A DNA stretch of 64,000 bases from Camelus dromedarius (Eukaryota). A program made the translations under genes and the position numbers. The notes beneath the pieces are model-generated. The model saw nothing but the letters and a program-made list of their open reading frames with translations. It did not search any database and was not told the DNA's origin. Shown here piece after piece: positions 1-13,496 of this stretch (positions within the stretch are counted from its first letter, which is position 1; each line of letters starts with the position of its first letter). Location: the NCBI RefSeq assembly GCF_036321535.1, contig NC_087436.1, forward strand, positions 58,158,001-58,222,000, written 5' to 3'.

Positions 1-139
1 AAAATTTTACATCCTTCCTTTCTATGTACCAGCTTATTGAAATAGAAAACAGGCTGTTTTCATCTAGCACATTTACTAATGTAAACATTTTTTTTGCTGT
101 TCAGCCCGGATGACAGCCAGACACCGGTGAAAAAGATGG

Positions 140-365
140 CACTTCTCCCTTTCTTTTCCAAAACACTTCACATATCTCTTTCAGATAACAGATTAAACAG
201 TCCTGTGGTTCACTCAGGACTTTTCTCTGTGCTTTGCTTAGTCTGCTATTTGAGTCTGGAGATCATGTCTAATTTCTTACTCATTCTGTATCATTAATGT
301 CTAATACAGTTCCTGGAACGTAATAGGTGCTCACACATTTTTTAGAATTGAAAAGGAATGTTCAA
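140..365 (+). mobile_element. LINE-2 3' fragment
   Basis: L2 terminal motif acagttcctggaacgtaataggtgctca. Confidence 0.65.
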
Positions 366-402
366 TACTATTAATTATTTCTGCTTCTGTATGATGGGGA
401 AC

Positions 403-622
403 AAATTTGCTGAGGTTTGCATAAACAGAAGTGGTAAGTTTACCACTTAAATGGTCAAAATGACTTTCTCTAGAAACCTTTTCTACATCTAAAAGTTTAT
501 TCAATGAGATCAGCAATATAGTTTCCCCAAGGGAGTGATGAAGAATCTGTTCAGGCCATCTACAAACGTGTTGGCTTGCCTGCACTGCATTAATATGCTA
601 AAAAGTGGTAACAAACAAAAGG
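403..622 (-). pseudogene. Fossil exon, C-terminal region (donor at 444 or 403)
   Basis: Very strong acceptor ttttcttctttctctactttag; AVQASQHVC ~ AVVPAQYIC, LNKLL ~ LEKFL, VYANL ~ CYLNL; one stop. Confidence 0.65.
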
Positions 623-1952
623 CTAAAGTAGAGAAAGAAGAAAAAAAATCAGCATTTTCAAAATACAGTAAAATACAATAAAACTGACCCTTAAAATGTA
701 TGTCTCAGAATATATACAGATAATATATATCACAGAACGTGAATTTTCATTGTTTTTCCTCCAAGTGACCTGATAAGTAAGAAATGTTTATTTCTTTGCA
801 TTAAAAATAACTGATATATGGACTACTGTATGGCTGGCAGAAGCCAGATAAAAGGTACAAAAGAAATGTTATAAAAATGTTTGAAGCTTAAAATTCAAAT
901 GAAAGTAGTTCATCAAACCATCATCAAATAAAAATACTATATTTTAAAGTTAGTTCTATTATACTAACTATATGCATTCTATTTTTTTTACATTATTTCC
1001 ATGTATTTGGAATAATACAAATGATTGAATGGTGTCTAAAATAAAACATTTATCTACTGAAAGAGAGACTTAGTGGTTTAGCTGTTCCCCCATCCGGGAA
1101 TATCACCACATATCACTGACAGTATCATATACTCATCCTTAATTATACTTCTAAGCAAATTAATGTTTAGCATACATGATTGTCAGCAAAAATGTTTATT
1201 TGAGCATCAGCCTTATTTGGATAGCCAAACCCAAAAGATCATGAACTTTAAGAAGAGCCAAATAATTCAATGAAAATCTATTTTCTTACTAGATCCTCAA
1301 TTCAGTAAGTCTACACCCCCTGCCCCGATCTCAATTCCTCTTTCTACCGTAGGATGTTGCATCTCTAATAACACAATCAATATGTGTTCTTGAGTCAATA
1401 ATTTGAAAAAATGGCAGTTTTAAACTACAGGTATTACATAGATTGTTTGAGTATCATAAAGTTTAGTTATATATAGCAGTAAAACACCTTTCCTATATTT
1501 TTCTAGGACTATAATTTTTATAAAAAAAATTTACTTCAAACTAAACCTCAATTAGGGTATAAATAAGACAATATATTCTGTATATTTAAAACTACTTATT
1601 TACACTTTGCTATTTCCTATTTTTTAACATATAAAACAGTGACTAAAATCGACATAAGAACCTTAGATAAGAATAAACGTTAAGAAATGTAAATCTTTTT
1701 TATGACTAGTAAAAAGTAGAGATGTACTTAAGATCCTAAAAATGCCATAAATCCACAAATGCAAACACATACAAACTGTCTTTTAAAATGACAGAAGTTC
1801 TTTGAAGGGAATGTTCTTATACCCAACTCACCTCCGTAGCATTGGAGCCATACATAAGAGCAGGGTGAACAAGTTATTTCCCAGGGCTCTTATATTCATT
1901 TTTTCTCTCTGCTGTCATATAAGAGGATTTTTAAAAGCAGAGACAGTGGAGA

Positions 1953-2615
1953 TGCTAATATTAGAGCAGGCAGATAGCTAGATATGAGCAGAGAAAGGGG
2001 GGCACAGACCAAATGGCAGGAATTGGGCAGAAAGGAGGGGCACAGGCCAAATGCAGGAAACCACACATCATGTAAGCAGCAGGCGTCCTTGGGCAGAGAA
2101 AGAAAAGCAGGAACCTTGGGGCTGATAAGGGATCATGCCTTTAGGGATGACAAGTGGCCTGGAGAAGAACAAAGAAAGGTGAGAAAAGGCAGGAATTTCT
2201 AGTGTCTGAATGTAACCTTTTGTTCATTATGCTCTCATTTCAATAAAATTAGCCTTGCAGATCAGAAGTACCCATCATGCAACGACGCCATGACACTTCC
2301 GATCCAGACTAAATAAGGACAAAAATCCTTCCTCCCTTTGGGAACATGGAGTTGGGATGATAATCAGGGAATACAACCCCAAACCCTTCCCTCCCCAATG
2401 AATATTCTGCCCATTCATTTTTACACCCTATGTAACCAACCTGCCAAAGAAACTCAGAGCGGCTGCTCACCTGAGCCTGCCCGCTCTCCCCTGGGAGTGT
2501 ACTATCCATCCTTTAATAAATCCTCACTTTACCTTTTTAACCTCTAAGTCTTGTCTCTGAATTCTTTCTGGGACGGGACAAGAACCTGGAACACCGGTTG
2601 CACCTATCAGCAACA
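1953..2615 (+). mobile_element. ERV1-type solo LTR
   Basis: TG...CA ends, GC-richer than flanks, AATAAA at ~2242 and ~2515, U5-like gtctctgaattctttc; no target-site duplication (TSD) found. Confidence 0.7.
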
Positions 2616-2928
2616 CTACAACCTAGACAGAGCATGTAATGGAGACTTGAAATGCAAAGGCTGTAAATGCACAGAACATCTCTTACAGAATCTTACAACA
2701 TGTACACCCCTCTCTGTCCTTTAGATAAAAGTGAAATAAAACAAAAGTAAAATTTGGAAGACTCTTCTATTTAACATTTATGAACACACATAACTTTGTA
2801 GTAACATAAAAAATGAGAGCTAGGCATTATTTTTTTCCACAAAGCTAATAGTTTAAAAAAATTCAGTATGCCTTTTATTTTGTTTCATTTTTCAAATTAC
2901 ATTTCAGCTCTTTAAAACTTGAGCATCA

Positions 2929-3821
2929 ACAAATATCAAAAAGCACATGAAAAAATGCTCAATATCACTAATTATCAGAGAAATGCAAATCAAAACTACA
3001 ATGAGGTATCACCTCACACCAGTCAGAATGGCCGTCATTCAAAAATCCACAAATGACAAATGCTGGAGAGGCTGTGGAGAAAGGGGAACACTCCTACACT
3101 GCTGGTGGGAATGCAGTTTGGTGCAGCCACTATGGAAAACAGTGTGGAGATTCCTCAAAAGACTAGGAATAGACTTACCATATGACCCAGGAAATCCCAC
3201 TCTTGGGCTTGTATCCAGAAGGAAATCTACTTCAGGGTGACACCTGCACCCCAATGTTCATAGCAGCACTATTTACAATAGCCAAAACATGGAAACAGCC
3301 TAAATGTCCATCAACAGGTGACTGGATAAAGAAGATGTGGTATGGAATACTACTCAGCCATAAAACCCGACAACATAATGCCATTTGCAGCAACATGGAT
3401 GCTCCTGGAGAATGTCATTCTAAGTGAAGTAAGCCAGAAAGAGAAAGAAAAATACCATATGAGATCGCTCATATGTGGAATCTAAACAAACAAAAACAAA
3501 AACAAACAAACAAACAAAAACAAAGCGTAAATAAAGGACAGAAATAGACTCACAGACAGAGAATACAGACTTGTGGTTACCAGGGGGGTGGAGGGTGGGA
3601 AGGGATAGACTGGGATTTCAAAATTGTAGAATAGACAACACTGTATAGCACAGGGAAATATACACAGAATGTTATGATAACTCACAGAGAAAAAAATGTG
3701 ACAACGAGTGTGTATATGTCCATGAATAACTGAAAAATTGTGCTGAACACTGGAATTTGACACAACATTGTAAAATGATTATAAATCAATAAAAAATGTT
3801 AAAAAAAAAAAACAAAAAAAC
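2929..3821 (+). mobile_element. Young 5'-truncated L1 (ORF2 C-terminus, 3'UTR, polyA)
   Basis: [18 protein letters not shown] motif, one frameshift; TSD aacttgagcatca at 2916-2928 and 3822-3834. Confidence 0.95.
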
Positions 3822-4228
3822 AACTTGAGCATCAGAAATTGGGGTTAGCAAAGACTATAAGCTCATCCTAAGATGGATTAGGTTACTATGCTTGAAACAC
3901 ATCAGTCAATACTTACACTACACTCATTCAGTCACATTCTGTACAGTGGGTTAGGACTGACTTGTAAAAAAAGTTTTATCAATCAACATGTATAAAAGGG
4001 TCTACTATGTACTATTCTTCATGTTAAGCACTGGCAAATAGATGGATGGATATACTATGTGTATCATATGGGAAGTACTGATCAATAGGAAAACAAGGTC
4101 TATAGGAGGACAGAATGGAATAAAGATGGTAAGTTAGAAAATTTGAAAATGACTACGTCACCCAGATCTTAAGGACAAAGTCAGATTTTAGGGGAAAAAA
4201 AAGAGAGACAAAATAAAGCACGGAACAC

Positions 4229-4604
4229 TTCAGAAAGGCGGATTCAACATTTTCTTTACTTCAAAATTAAGAGTAGCCAAAAAACACAGGAGAAATCCAA
4301 AGCAGAGTTACAGATCTTTATCCAAAACTCACTGCCTGTACCTCACTCACAGTGGCCTTAGCCCCAGAACCCCTGCCTCACGACGACACTGTAATAAGAA
4401 AACCATCATGCAATCTGAGGTGGACTCCATCAGAATCTAGTAGATTCAAACTACAGAAATGTTTTGAAGAGAGGAGAGGGGATTGCTCCACTGAAAATGA
4501 ATGACGTAATGAAGAAGAAAAGCATGACTTCCGTGCACATGTGTTAGAAACTGGACTCTCAAGAGAACTCTGATCTGCTGCTTCCTCTGCCATCTTTCAT
4601 CAAT
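4229..4604 (-). pseudogene. Fossil exon, TAGT region (boundaries uncertain)
   Basis: Pyrimidine tract ending ttctGG (AG apparently lost); RVLLRVQFLTHVHGSHAFLLHYVIHFQWSN ~ [30 protein letters not shown]; after a frameshift LHDGFLITV and AVSFG*R (~DVDFNLR). Confidence 0.55.
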
Positions 4605-5164
4605 CCAGAATAAGCAAAAAATAAACAAAACAGACATGCAAATCTCTGTTGTCTTGCTTGTGCTATGCATCAGACACAAAGGTCTGTAGAAACTCCAGAA
4701 ATCAGATACCCTAATGTGGGGAAAGGAGGAAACTTGCTCTTAGGGTCCAGACCCTGTGTAGCTGGACATTTTCTTTCACCACCACTCAGGAGAGTTTAGA
4801 CCTCCAGGATGGGAAATAGCACAAGGAACCAGCAACAGTGATAATGAAAAGAGTAAAAAAAAAAAAAAAAAAAAAAAAAGCCAAAAAACAAAACACAGCC
4901 ATCATAGCAATACCAAAGATTTATACTGCTTGTTACAGTGATCATATACGCACTTATTCACTTACAATATAGCACGGGAGTGAAGACATGAGACAACTGT
5001 AAAATGGAAGTAGTAATCCATGGAGTAGTGACTCCTAAGTATTCTCTCCAAATAATAGTAGGTCAGATATTTCAAATTTAAATGTTCTCTGGTCAAACGA
5101 TTTCTTTCTTGGTAATACCTGGACACAGGTTTATCAGCATGGTGAAGGCTCGCAAAAGCCTCAC

Positions 5165-5236
5165 CTCAATGAAATGACTTATTTTCATTTAACAAAGCTT
5201 TTTTTCTTAACTTAAGTCTCCTAATAAAGCTCTGGG
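5165..5236 (-). pseudogene. Possible fossil exon (72 bp)
   Basis: tcttatttcgaaag| ... GAG|GTGAGG, phase 0 to 0; no recognisable homology; 2 stops. Confidence 0.3.
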
Positions 5237-6256
5237 CTTTCGAAATAAGAAAACAGGAGGGCCACTGACTATACAGTATTGCTTGAAGGGAATTGTTGCT
5301 AATGTTTAATTAAAAACACATTTTTTTTTACTAAAATCATTTATAATTACATATTTTTAACTTTTTTTTTCTGTCTAAGACCCATATACTTGCTTTCTGT
5401 GAAAAACAAATTCTCTTAAATTTTGAATAAAATATTTTTTATTCACAGTATGCATAAACGACACCTGGCTAAATGGTATTCTTGTCTGTGTTGCTTGGTA
5501 TTTAGCACTATAATCAAACCATATTGCAGTGTTCACGGTTTCTGATGAGCCCTAAATGAGGTTCCATCAATCTGGCAGACTATTTCAAGAGTAGAACTAA
5601 AGATGAAAAATCTCACCTTGCTTCTAATATAAAACTCTACCGTACCCAATATGTCCAAACTAACTCATTTAAGTAAGAATAATTGAATCTGGGCACTTCT
5701 TAAGGATTATTCCTGAGCCATCACGTACCCCTGCTGGCACTAATCCTTACTAAATAATGTGTCTTAAGAATATTACTAGCACATCATGAAAACTGAAAAT
5801 ATAATAGACACATGGACTTTCTAAGAGACGAATATATAAATAATACTAACACCTATTTTCAAGAAATGTTTATGAAACTAATTCCTTGCACACTATCTAG
5901 TCACATTATTTAAATCACCTCGCCAATTTTATCTCAAAAACATCATTTTGAAAATACTTTTAAAAGGTAATTACTTATTATCTTACACATGTTAGCACAT
6001 CACATCAAAACTTTTATTTCACAAAACACTTCAACATGTGAATTCTGTCGCTCCATCTCATTATTTGAGTGGCAGGGTTGTTCCAAGCACTCTTTTCCTA
6101 TTAAGAAAACAACTCAGAAAATACTGTTATTTGCATAATAACTATAAGAAGAGTTTTAACAGGCATTTCAGACTAATTAAACCCTGCAACATTTTATTTC
6201 TATAATCAGCATCCTGTCTATTATCTATTTACAAGCATAGAATCGGAAATATAAAA

Positions 6257-8053
6257 AGGGCTCGGTTCAAGAGGACAACATAGGAGGCTCCTAAACTTAC
6301 CTACTTTCACAGACACATTACGTCTCCAGCTATGTATGGAACAATTCTCTCTGAAAGAAATCCAGAAACTAAGTGATTGATAATCTGCACATCAGGCTAA
6401 GGGGGAAAAAAAACATCAAAAGGGGCAGGAGAGGCTGAGACAGCATCTCACCTTTAACCCCACTCAGGACACAACATATAATCAAGAGGGAACTCAAAAC
6501 CAACAGCTTCTCCCCAAGGAGAGGAAGGTTTGGACCCAACATCTAACACTCCAACTTTTAAATCTTCTGCCTGAGATTGTCCCTCAGCCCCCAAACACTT
6601 ACTCAAGCCAGCAAGGTTTGCATCCATAAGACTTACAACAGTATAGTAAATTAAAAAAAACAGCTTGTAACAATTTACAGAGATTTACTGTAGTTATCAC
6701 CCCAGGGATCAGCGGCTGAGGCAGCAGATCCAAAACGCTGTTTCCCAGGAAGAGGTCTATTTGCATCTCTGAAAAGCTGCAGCCTGAGGGTCTGGCTTCT
6801 AATTTAACATACTTCTAGAGGTCTACTGCAGTCCTCTCCAGAGACCAAGGAGGTTGGCAAATGCCATTTCATGCTCTCCTCTTGCCCCACTCCAGGTCAT
6901 TGGTGTCTCCCTGGAAAGAGCTTGTGCACACACCTGGTGCTCTGGCTTTTATGGCTATCATGCAGAGGACATACCCATAGATCACCTGGCTCTGGTGGCC
7001 AGTGAGACTTGTGTTCATGTGTCCCACTGGACAGTAGCAAGCACAGAAACAGCTCTTAACAAGCTACCACTCAGGGCTCAGAGTAGAGGCAGCAGACTGA
7101 ACCTCCTAGTGGTTCCCTGAAAGAAGCCTATTTGCATCTTAAAAGCTGGGGCCTGAGTGTCAGGTTTCTAATTTAACACACATCTAATGGCTGAATTACA
7201 ATCCTCCCCAAAGACCAGAGAGGCCGGCAGGTATCATCTTCTTGCTCTTCCTCTGCGATCTGAAGGAAACAAAATCACCACCTCGAAAAAATACCTACAC
7301 TCCTATGTTTATTGCAGCACTATTTACAATAGCCAAGACATGGAAACAATCTAAGTGTCCATTATTGGATAAATGAATAGTGAAAATGTGGAATATTGTT
7401 CAGCCATTAAAAGAACAAGGAAATCTTGCCATTTGAAACAATGTGGACTTTGAGGGCATTATGCTAAGTGAAGTAAGAGAAAGACACTGCATTATCTCAC
7501 TTATATGTGGAATTCAAAGAAATTAAACTCACAGAAAGAACAATTGGTGGCTGCCAGAGATAGAGGGTGGGTGAAACGAATGAAGGTGGCCAAAAGGTAC
7601 ATACTTCCATTTATAAGATAAATAACTTCTGGGGATGTAATGTACAGCATGGTGACTATAGTTAACAATATCAAAGTATTCATCAGAAAAAAAAAGTATC
7701 ACTATATATGGAGATAAATGTTAACTAGACCTATTATGGTGATTATTTTGCAGTATATACAAATAACGAGTCATTATGTTGTATACCTTAAACTAATACA
7801 ATATTGTATGTCAATTATACTTTAATAAAAACTATTAAGATAATTAAAAAAATATATTGTATATTTGAAAGTTGCTAAGAGAGTAGATCTTAAAAAATCT
7901 AATCACAAGAGAAAATTTGTAACTATTTGAGGTGATGAAAGTTGACTAAACTCATCATGGCAAGCAATTTGCAATATATATATCAAGGTATATTGTTGTA
8001 CACTTAGAACCAATACAATATGTCAAGTACATCTCAAGGAAACAAGAGGAAAA
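6257..8053 (+). mobile_element. Older L1: 5'UTR joined to ORF2 end and 3'UTR, with an extra L1 3' end at ~7681-7850
   Basis: L1 5'UTR-like start with a ~370-bp-period repeat (6750/7122); ORF2 tail from ~7260; decayed TSD gaatcggaaatataaaa / gaatcagaaacacagaa. Confidence 0.75.
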
Positions 8054-10079
8054 AGGAATCAGAAACACAGAACTTCTACTTTGACCTAAGTTGTAAAGCA
8101 AATCAATTATGGGATCAGAAAATAAAAAAGAAGCAGACTAAATTTTTGTTCAGTTTTATATACTGCACTAATCTTCCCTATTACGTAGGTACTTCTAGAG
8201 CCCTCTAGTAGCTCAGTGTATGATTTGATTGACCAAATACACAGCTTCTAAATTTGAAAGTGAAAACTAAAAGGAATATGGGCATTATCAAGAGGAGACA
8301 ATGACATCATAAAAGAAAGAGAGCCAGGAAAATAATCAGTTGATTACGGTTTAATGGACACAGGTTGAGAACACTGAGGATTACTCTTTCATTATGATGG
8401 TGAATGAGTGTGAGTGAATGAATGAGTGAGATTTTATTGTTTAAAAAAAAAAAAAAGGAAGGAAGGAAGGGAATAAAGAGGGAAGCAGAGAAAACTCTCC
8501 ATGGCTAGGGAGGTCTAAACAGACATATTAATATTCTGGAATATATTTGTAGTAACTATTATTCTGTTAAATGAATTTTAAATATATTGAAATGGAAAAA
8601 GCACTTGCCATGAAAGAGTTAAATAACAAAATTTAAAAATTCAGCTGCCTTAAGCTGCAGCAATAGATAAAATCAGATAATTATAATCACTCATTATTCA
8701 TCCTTTGTGATAACAATAGTGGGAATTAAGCTTTAGTATTTGAAATCTCAACTAGTCAGGAGGTTAGAGGAAGTTACTCCTTGAGAAAAATATTACAATC
8801 TGGAATGTTTATGGTTTAAATTGTCTCTTGAAGATACTTAAAATGAAACAGATTAAACATTTGCATCAACTGTATAAGAAAGCAAACTTGAGCCCGAAAA
8901 GTACAGTTAATAAGGTAACTAAGTGCAAGAGGTTCTTAACTATTGCAAATGTAGTATTACTGGAAACATTTTGTTTTCATCCCTGTCTATCCACTTAATC
9001 TTGAGCTGCTCTGGGACGGTAGCAGTATCAAAGAATGGGATAATCACAGCTTGGGGATTTGACCTGACTTGAGATCTCAATTCCCTGATTATAGCCTAAA
9101 ACTATGAGTTTTCTAAGCAATTTCTGGACTAGTAAACTGAACATAAAAATTAAAAAAAAAATCAGCCTTTGGATTTTCTCACATGCAAAACTGTTAAAGG
9201 TTTGGTTTTTTTTGTATTAAAAATAAAGAATATACATATTTTACTTTATTATTATACTTAAGCTAAGTTACCTATAGGATTTCTATTGGATTCCTTAGCT
9301 CAGTGTATTGGAGATTCAGAAGCTACAACTGAAGGTCACTTACCTATCTGACGCTGTAAGAAGGAATTTCAGTACTGACCCAGGTAGAACAGACTGACAC
9401 TGAGAAACACTGCACAATGTTCACTTAATTCTTCTTTCATATGGAACTCATATTTCAGATATAACTAAAGCTTTTTTCCTTTTATGATCGAAGTTCTAAA
9501 ACTAGTAATTGTTGATTTGACAATTATTGAAGTTCTCTTTGTGCCTAATACTGAGCTAGACCCCGGAAATACCATTAGAAATAAGACTGGCATTGTTCCT
9601 TACCCTTAAAAGCTAGCATATGATAGACTTGTGGCAGGAGAGAACACTTCTAGCACAAAAGGAGCTTTGAAAGGCTCTGACTTCAACTGTATGGGTGTAC
9701 ACCACTACTAGTCTACTGGTTTGTACACTGAAAGGATTACTTAGCACCTCGAAGACCAAGTGGGTATTAAGCTGTTAGCATGCGGAGAGAGAAATCTCAT
9801 CAAGTTATAAGGAAGGTATAAGGACACAGTTAGTTTTAAGAAAATGATCCAGCTTAGTTTTCAATGGTTATAATCAGGGGAAATATCTGAGGGTCTCGAG
9901 AGAGAGTGTGTTGTAGTATGTGCTAATGAATTCTGTATTTATCTACTGTACGCACTGAAAAGAACATGGAGAAAGGGCAGGGCTTTCCATTGCTATCAAG
10001 ACTCAGAGGATTTCTATTCAGGGTAGTTGTATTTCCCCTCCTTAAAATGATGTAGTTGATTTTAATATACAAACCTAAC

Positions 10080-12020
10080 TGTTATATTTGAGATTTGTCC
10101 CATTGGAACCGAACAGGACCCTGAGAACTTCCCCCGCCCTCCCCAACCCGTCTCTTGTTTATTGAAAAGCTGAAGTCTCCCAGGCCTCCCTGAGTCACAA
10201 AAGAGCAGGCTCAAGCAGTCGATGACTAGGGCAACAGTCACAGACTGTCTGATGCTCTTTCCTGAGTTGTTTTACAGACACTGTAACTGCCACAAGCGGG
10301 AAAAAAGTTAACTGCATAAAGACTAGACTGTAGCCATGACATAAACTGTTCCATCTTGAGCAGTACTGAATTTATAGCTAGCATAATTTCAAGAACTGGC
10401 CTTAAGAGAAAAAGACTAACACTATTGCTCATAATAATCTGTGTCTTTGTGAGAATTAAAGTAATTGTAACTTGTTCTGTCCAGATACGTAAATGGGCAA
10501 CTACAACTGTCAGCAAAGAGATGCTACAGCTCTATGTTGACATCTTCCACTCTAAGAATATGGGGCCCGATTTCAGCATGAAGAAGTTGCAGAGGATGGG
10601 CCTTTGCCCATGATCCCACAGAAATGAAATGATGTTCTGACAAGTGAAGCAGCTTTTGGGAGGAAAGAGCTCTCTGCAGGAGGCTTCTTTTGTCTTGTCA
10701 CTAACCTTAAACCAGACACCCCCATGCTCTACTCACCTCTGACCTTAGCACAGCTTTCAGATCTTTTAATCACATAATACCTTGCTTACACTGATGGTTC
10801 TTTCCTACATCAAAGAAGTAGGAATGAAGAATAAGTAATTAACAGATGACCAGGTCTGTCCCCTAGCTTCCCTTTCAGTAATCTCATTAACAAATTGTGT
10901 GAACAAGATAACATCTAAAGAAAAAAAAATCAAAGAAGTCAACATACCTTCACAACAAGCCTATATGCAGTAGGGAATGGCGATGACTCTGACCCCCTAT
11001 CTCAATGATTAACTGAGATTACTTCCCCTTTTCCCTTTAAACTTGCATGGCTGAGCAGAAACCTCACAGTTGGTTATTTTGTGGACACTGAGTTCACCAT
11101 CTCTGCAGATTGTCAGTATGTGAGTAAAAGCAACTTTCCTTTCTACCAACATTTACCTCTCTCGATTTTGATTTTTTTTCTTTTCTTTTTTTTAATTGAA
11201 GTGCAGTCAGATACCATGTGTCAATTTCTGGTATACAGCATAATGTCCCAGTCATACACATACACACATATATTCATTTTCATACTCTTTTTCATTAAAG
11301 GTTATTACAAGATACTGAATATAGTTCCCTGTGCTATACAGAAGAAATCTGTTTTTTAATCTATTTTTATATGTAGTAGTTAATATATGCAAATCTCGAA
11401 CTCCCAAATTTATCCCTTCCTCCACCTTTCCCCCCGGTAATAACCATAAGATTGTATACTATGTCTGCGAGTCTGTTTCTGTTTGTAGATGAGTTCATTA
11501 GTGTCTTTTTTCTTCTTCTTCTTATTTTTTTGGTTCCACATATGATTGATATCATGTGCTATTTTTCTTTCTCTTTCTGGCTTACTACACTTAGAATGAG
11601 GATCTCCAGATCCATCCATGTTGCTGCAACTGGCATTATTTTATTCTTTTTTTATTCCATTGTATAAATATACCACAACTTCTTTATCCAGTCATCTGTC
11701 AATGGACATTTAGGTTGTTTTCATGTCTTGACTATTGTATATAATGCTGCTATGAATAGGCCCAAGAAAAAAATGCTCAGTATTGCTAGTTATCAGAAAA
11801 ATGCAAATCAAAACTACAATGAGGTATCACCTCACACCATTCACAATGGCCAACATTCAAAAGTCTGCAACAATCAATGCTGGAGAGGGTGTGGAGAAAA
11901 GGGAGCCCTCCTTCACTGCAGGTGGGAGTGTAGTTTGGTGAGCCGTTATGGAAAATGGTATGGAGATTCCTCAAGTGTTGATTTTTGAGTGCCAAGCAGT
12001 GGTACGCATGTTCAGTAAAA
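10080..12020 (+). mobile_element. ERV LTR interrupted near its 3' end by an L1
   Basis: TGTTA start; LTR R/U5-like gtaaaagcaactttcctttc; resumes at ~11971 (ttgatttttgagtgccaagcag). Confidence 0.7.
11177..11969 (-). mobile_element. L1 with 5' inversion (twin priming)
   Basis: PolyT, 3'UTR and ORF2 end on minus to ~11757, then plus-oriented ORF2 (CWRGCGEKGALLHC); flanking ttgattttt repeat. Confidence 0.9.
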
Positions 12021-13496
12021 CCACTGTGTTTTTATGGCAGAAAACAAAAGGGAGAACAAGCTAAACTTTGCCCTTGCACTTTGTAGGACGTTAGTGTTCA
12101 GATAAAATCAGTAATAATTATTAAGGCTAAGATTTATTGTGGGCTTATACTGTGCCAGGTGTGGTGCTAGTTACTTTACTGCATTTCTTCCCTTTAATTC
12201 TCAGTACTATGAAAAACACTGTTATGAATGTCATTTTATTTGGGTCAACTAACCACAAAAATGTGTCATGTCAGTAATTTCTGTCTCCCCAGTTGAGAGT
12301 GTCAAGATATCAAAATCTTACATTTTCTACTTAAAAAAATATATATGTATATATATAAGAAGAATATCATTGATGATTTTGAAAATAAAATCACCATATT
12401 TTACATCCCTCCTTCCAGTCTTTATTCGTATATATTTACATTAAACAAAATCACTATTGGAATGTATATATAGACAATTCTATAACTTTTTAATAATTTG
12501 ATGTCAAAATAAGATAAAGAACTAGAGAAAGCCAGAGGATCATTATACTAATTAAGGGTAATTAATTTAATATAATGTCATTTCCCCCAGAGCTTGGTGA
12601 ACAGCAAAGCACCAAATAACATTAAGTACACTGACAGAATTTGGATAGCCCCACAGTCTTATAATAATAGGATTTTGCCTGAAGTGAGCTCATCCTCATT
12701 TGAACTCTTACTAAAACTTTTTCCTATTTCTCTATGACATTTAATACATGTTATCTTCATCTGCTTTATTTGTATGCATGTCATCTCTTTAAAACTAGGT
12801 TGTAAAGTTTGAGCTTAGGGAGTGTTTCCTATATCAATATATCTTAATACAAATTAAGAATTCAATGAATACTTGCTAAAAAATGAATCCATGAATATTA
12901 AAAGTAGAAAGACAAATGCAATTCAGTATAGGAGATTTATTAACGTGCAGACAAAATAAATGTGTCTGCTTTGCTTTAAAAAAATAACTGAGAAATATTA
13001 AACAAACGACACATCCTACAGAAGTAAAAAACATCCTAGAACTCATCTTAATGATAATAGAGATAGTTTAAGTTCAAACCCAGTGTCCAGGTATTTTCTC
13101 TTTTCCCTTATCCCCTAGCCAGAGGGTCAACAAATGATGGACATCGATAATAGTCTAAATAAACAAGAAACTAAACTTACTGAAATTAATTAAATGTACT
13201 ACAGGGCTGTATTTAAATTACTTCAAAGTATTAGCTTTTCTGGATTGTTCTAACCTACCATCACCATCCTTTGATGGGGATGTGTGATGCAGATATTTGA
13301 AAGATGACTGAGTAAAACAGCCTCTTAATACTGTATAAAAAATATTTTTAATGGAAACTTAATTTTCATTGCAGAAAAAGTAGGAAGGAATTTTGTTGTT
13401 GTTAGAATGACAGCCTTGTTAAAATCAACTTGTGCAAGCAGGTATCTAACTGCTTCCTGAAAAACTCTTCCCTGTGGAAGCATCTAACCCAGTTAC

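Noticed and set aside
100..400. Apparent GREB1 C-terminal matches (HSFSI, CLICYLKE, IFFTG)
   Set aside because: The DNA fits a LINE-2 3' end, so these are chance matches. This also shows that single short matches elsewhere may be spurious.
2947..3427. ORFs as host genes (also 11728-11988 and 54039-54239)
   Set aside because: They are L1 ORF2 fragments.
4378..4593. 71-aa ORF as a stand-alone gene or first exon
   Set aside because: Better explained as one of two frames of a frameshifted fossil exon.
403..4604. Similarity of two exons to RGS22 (DGVH; QI..GET..KVS)
   Set aside because: Other exons did not fit RGS22 in order, whereas GREB1-family matches were collinear across the window.
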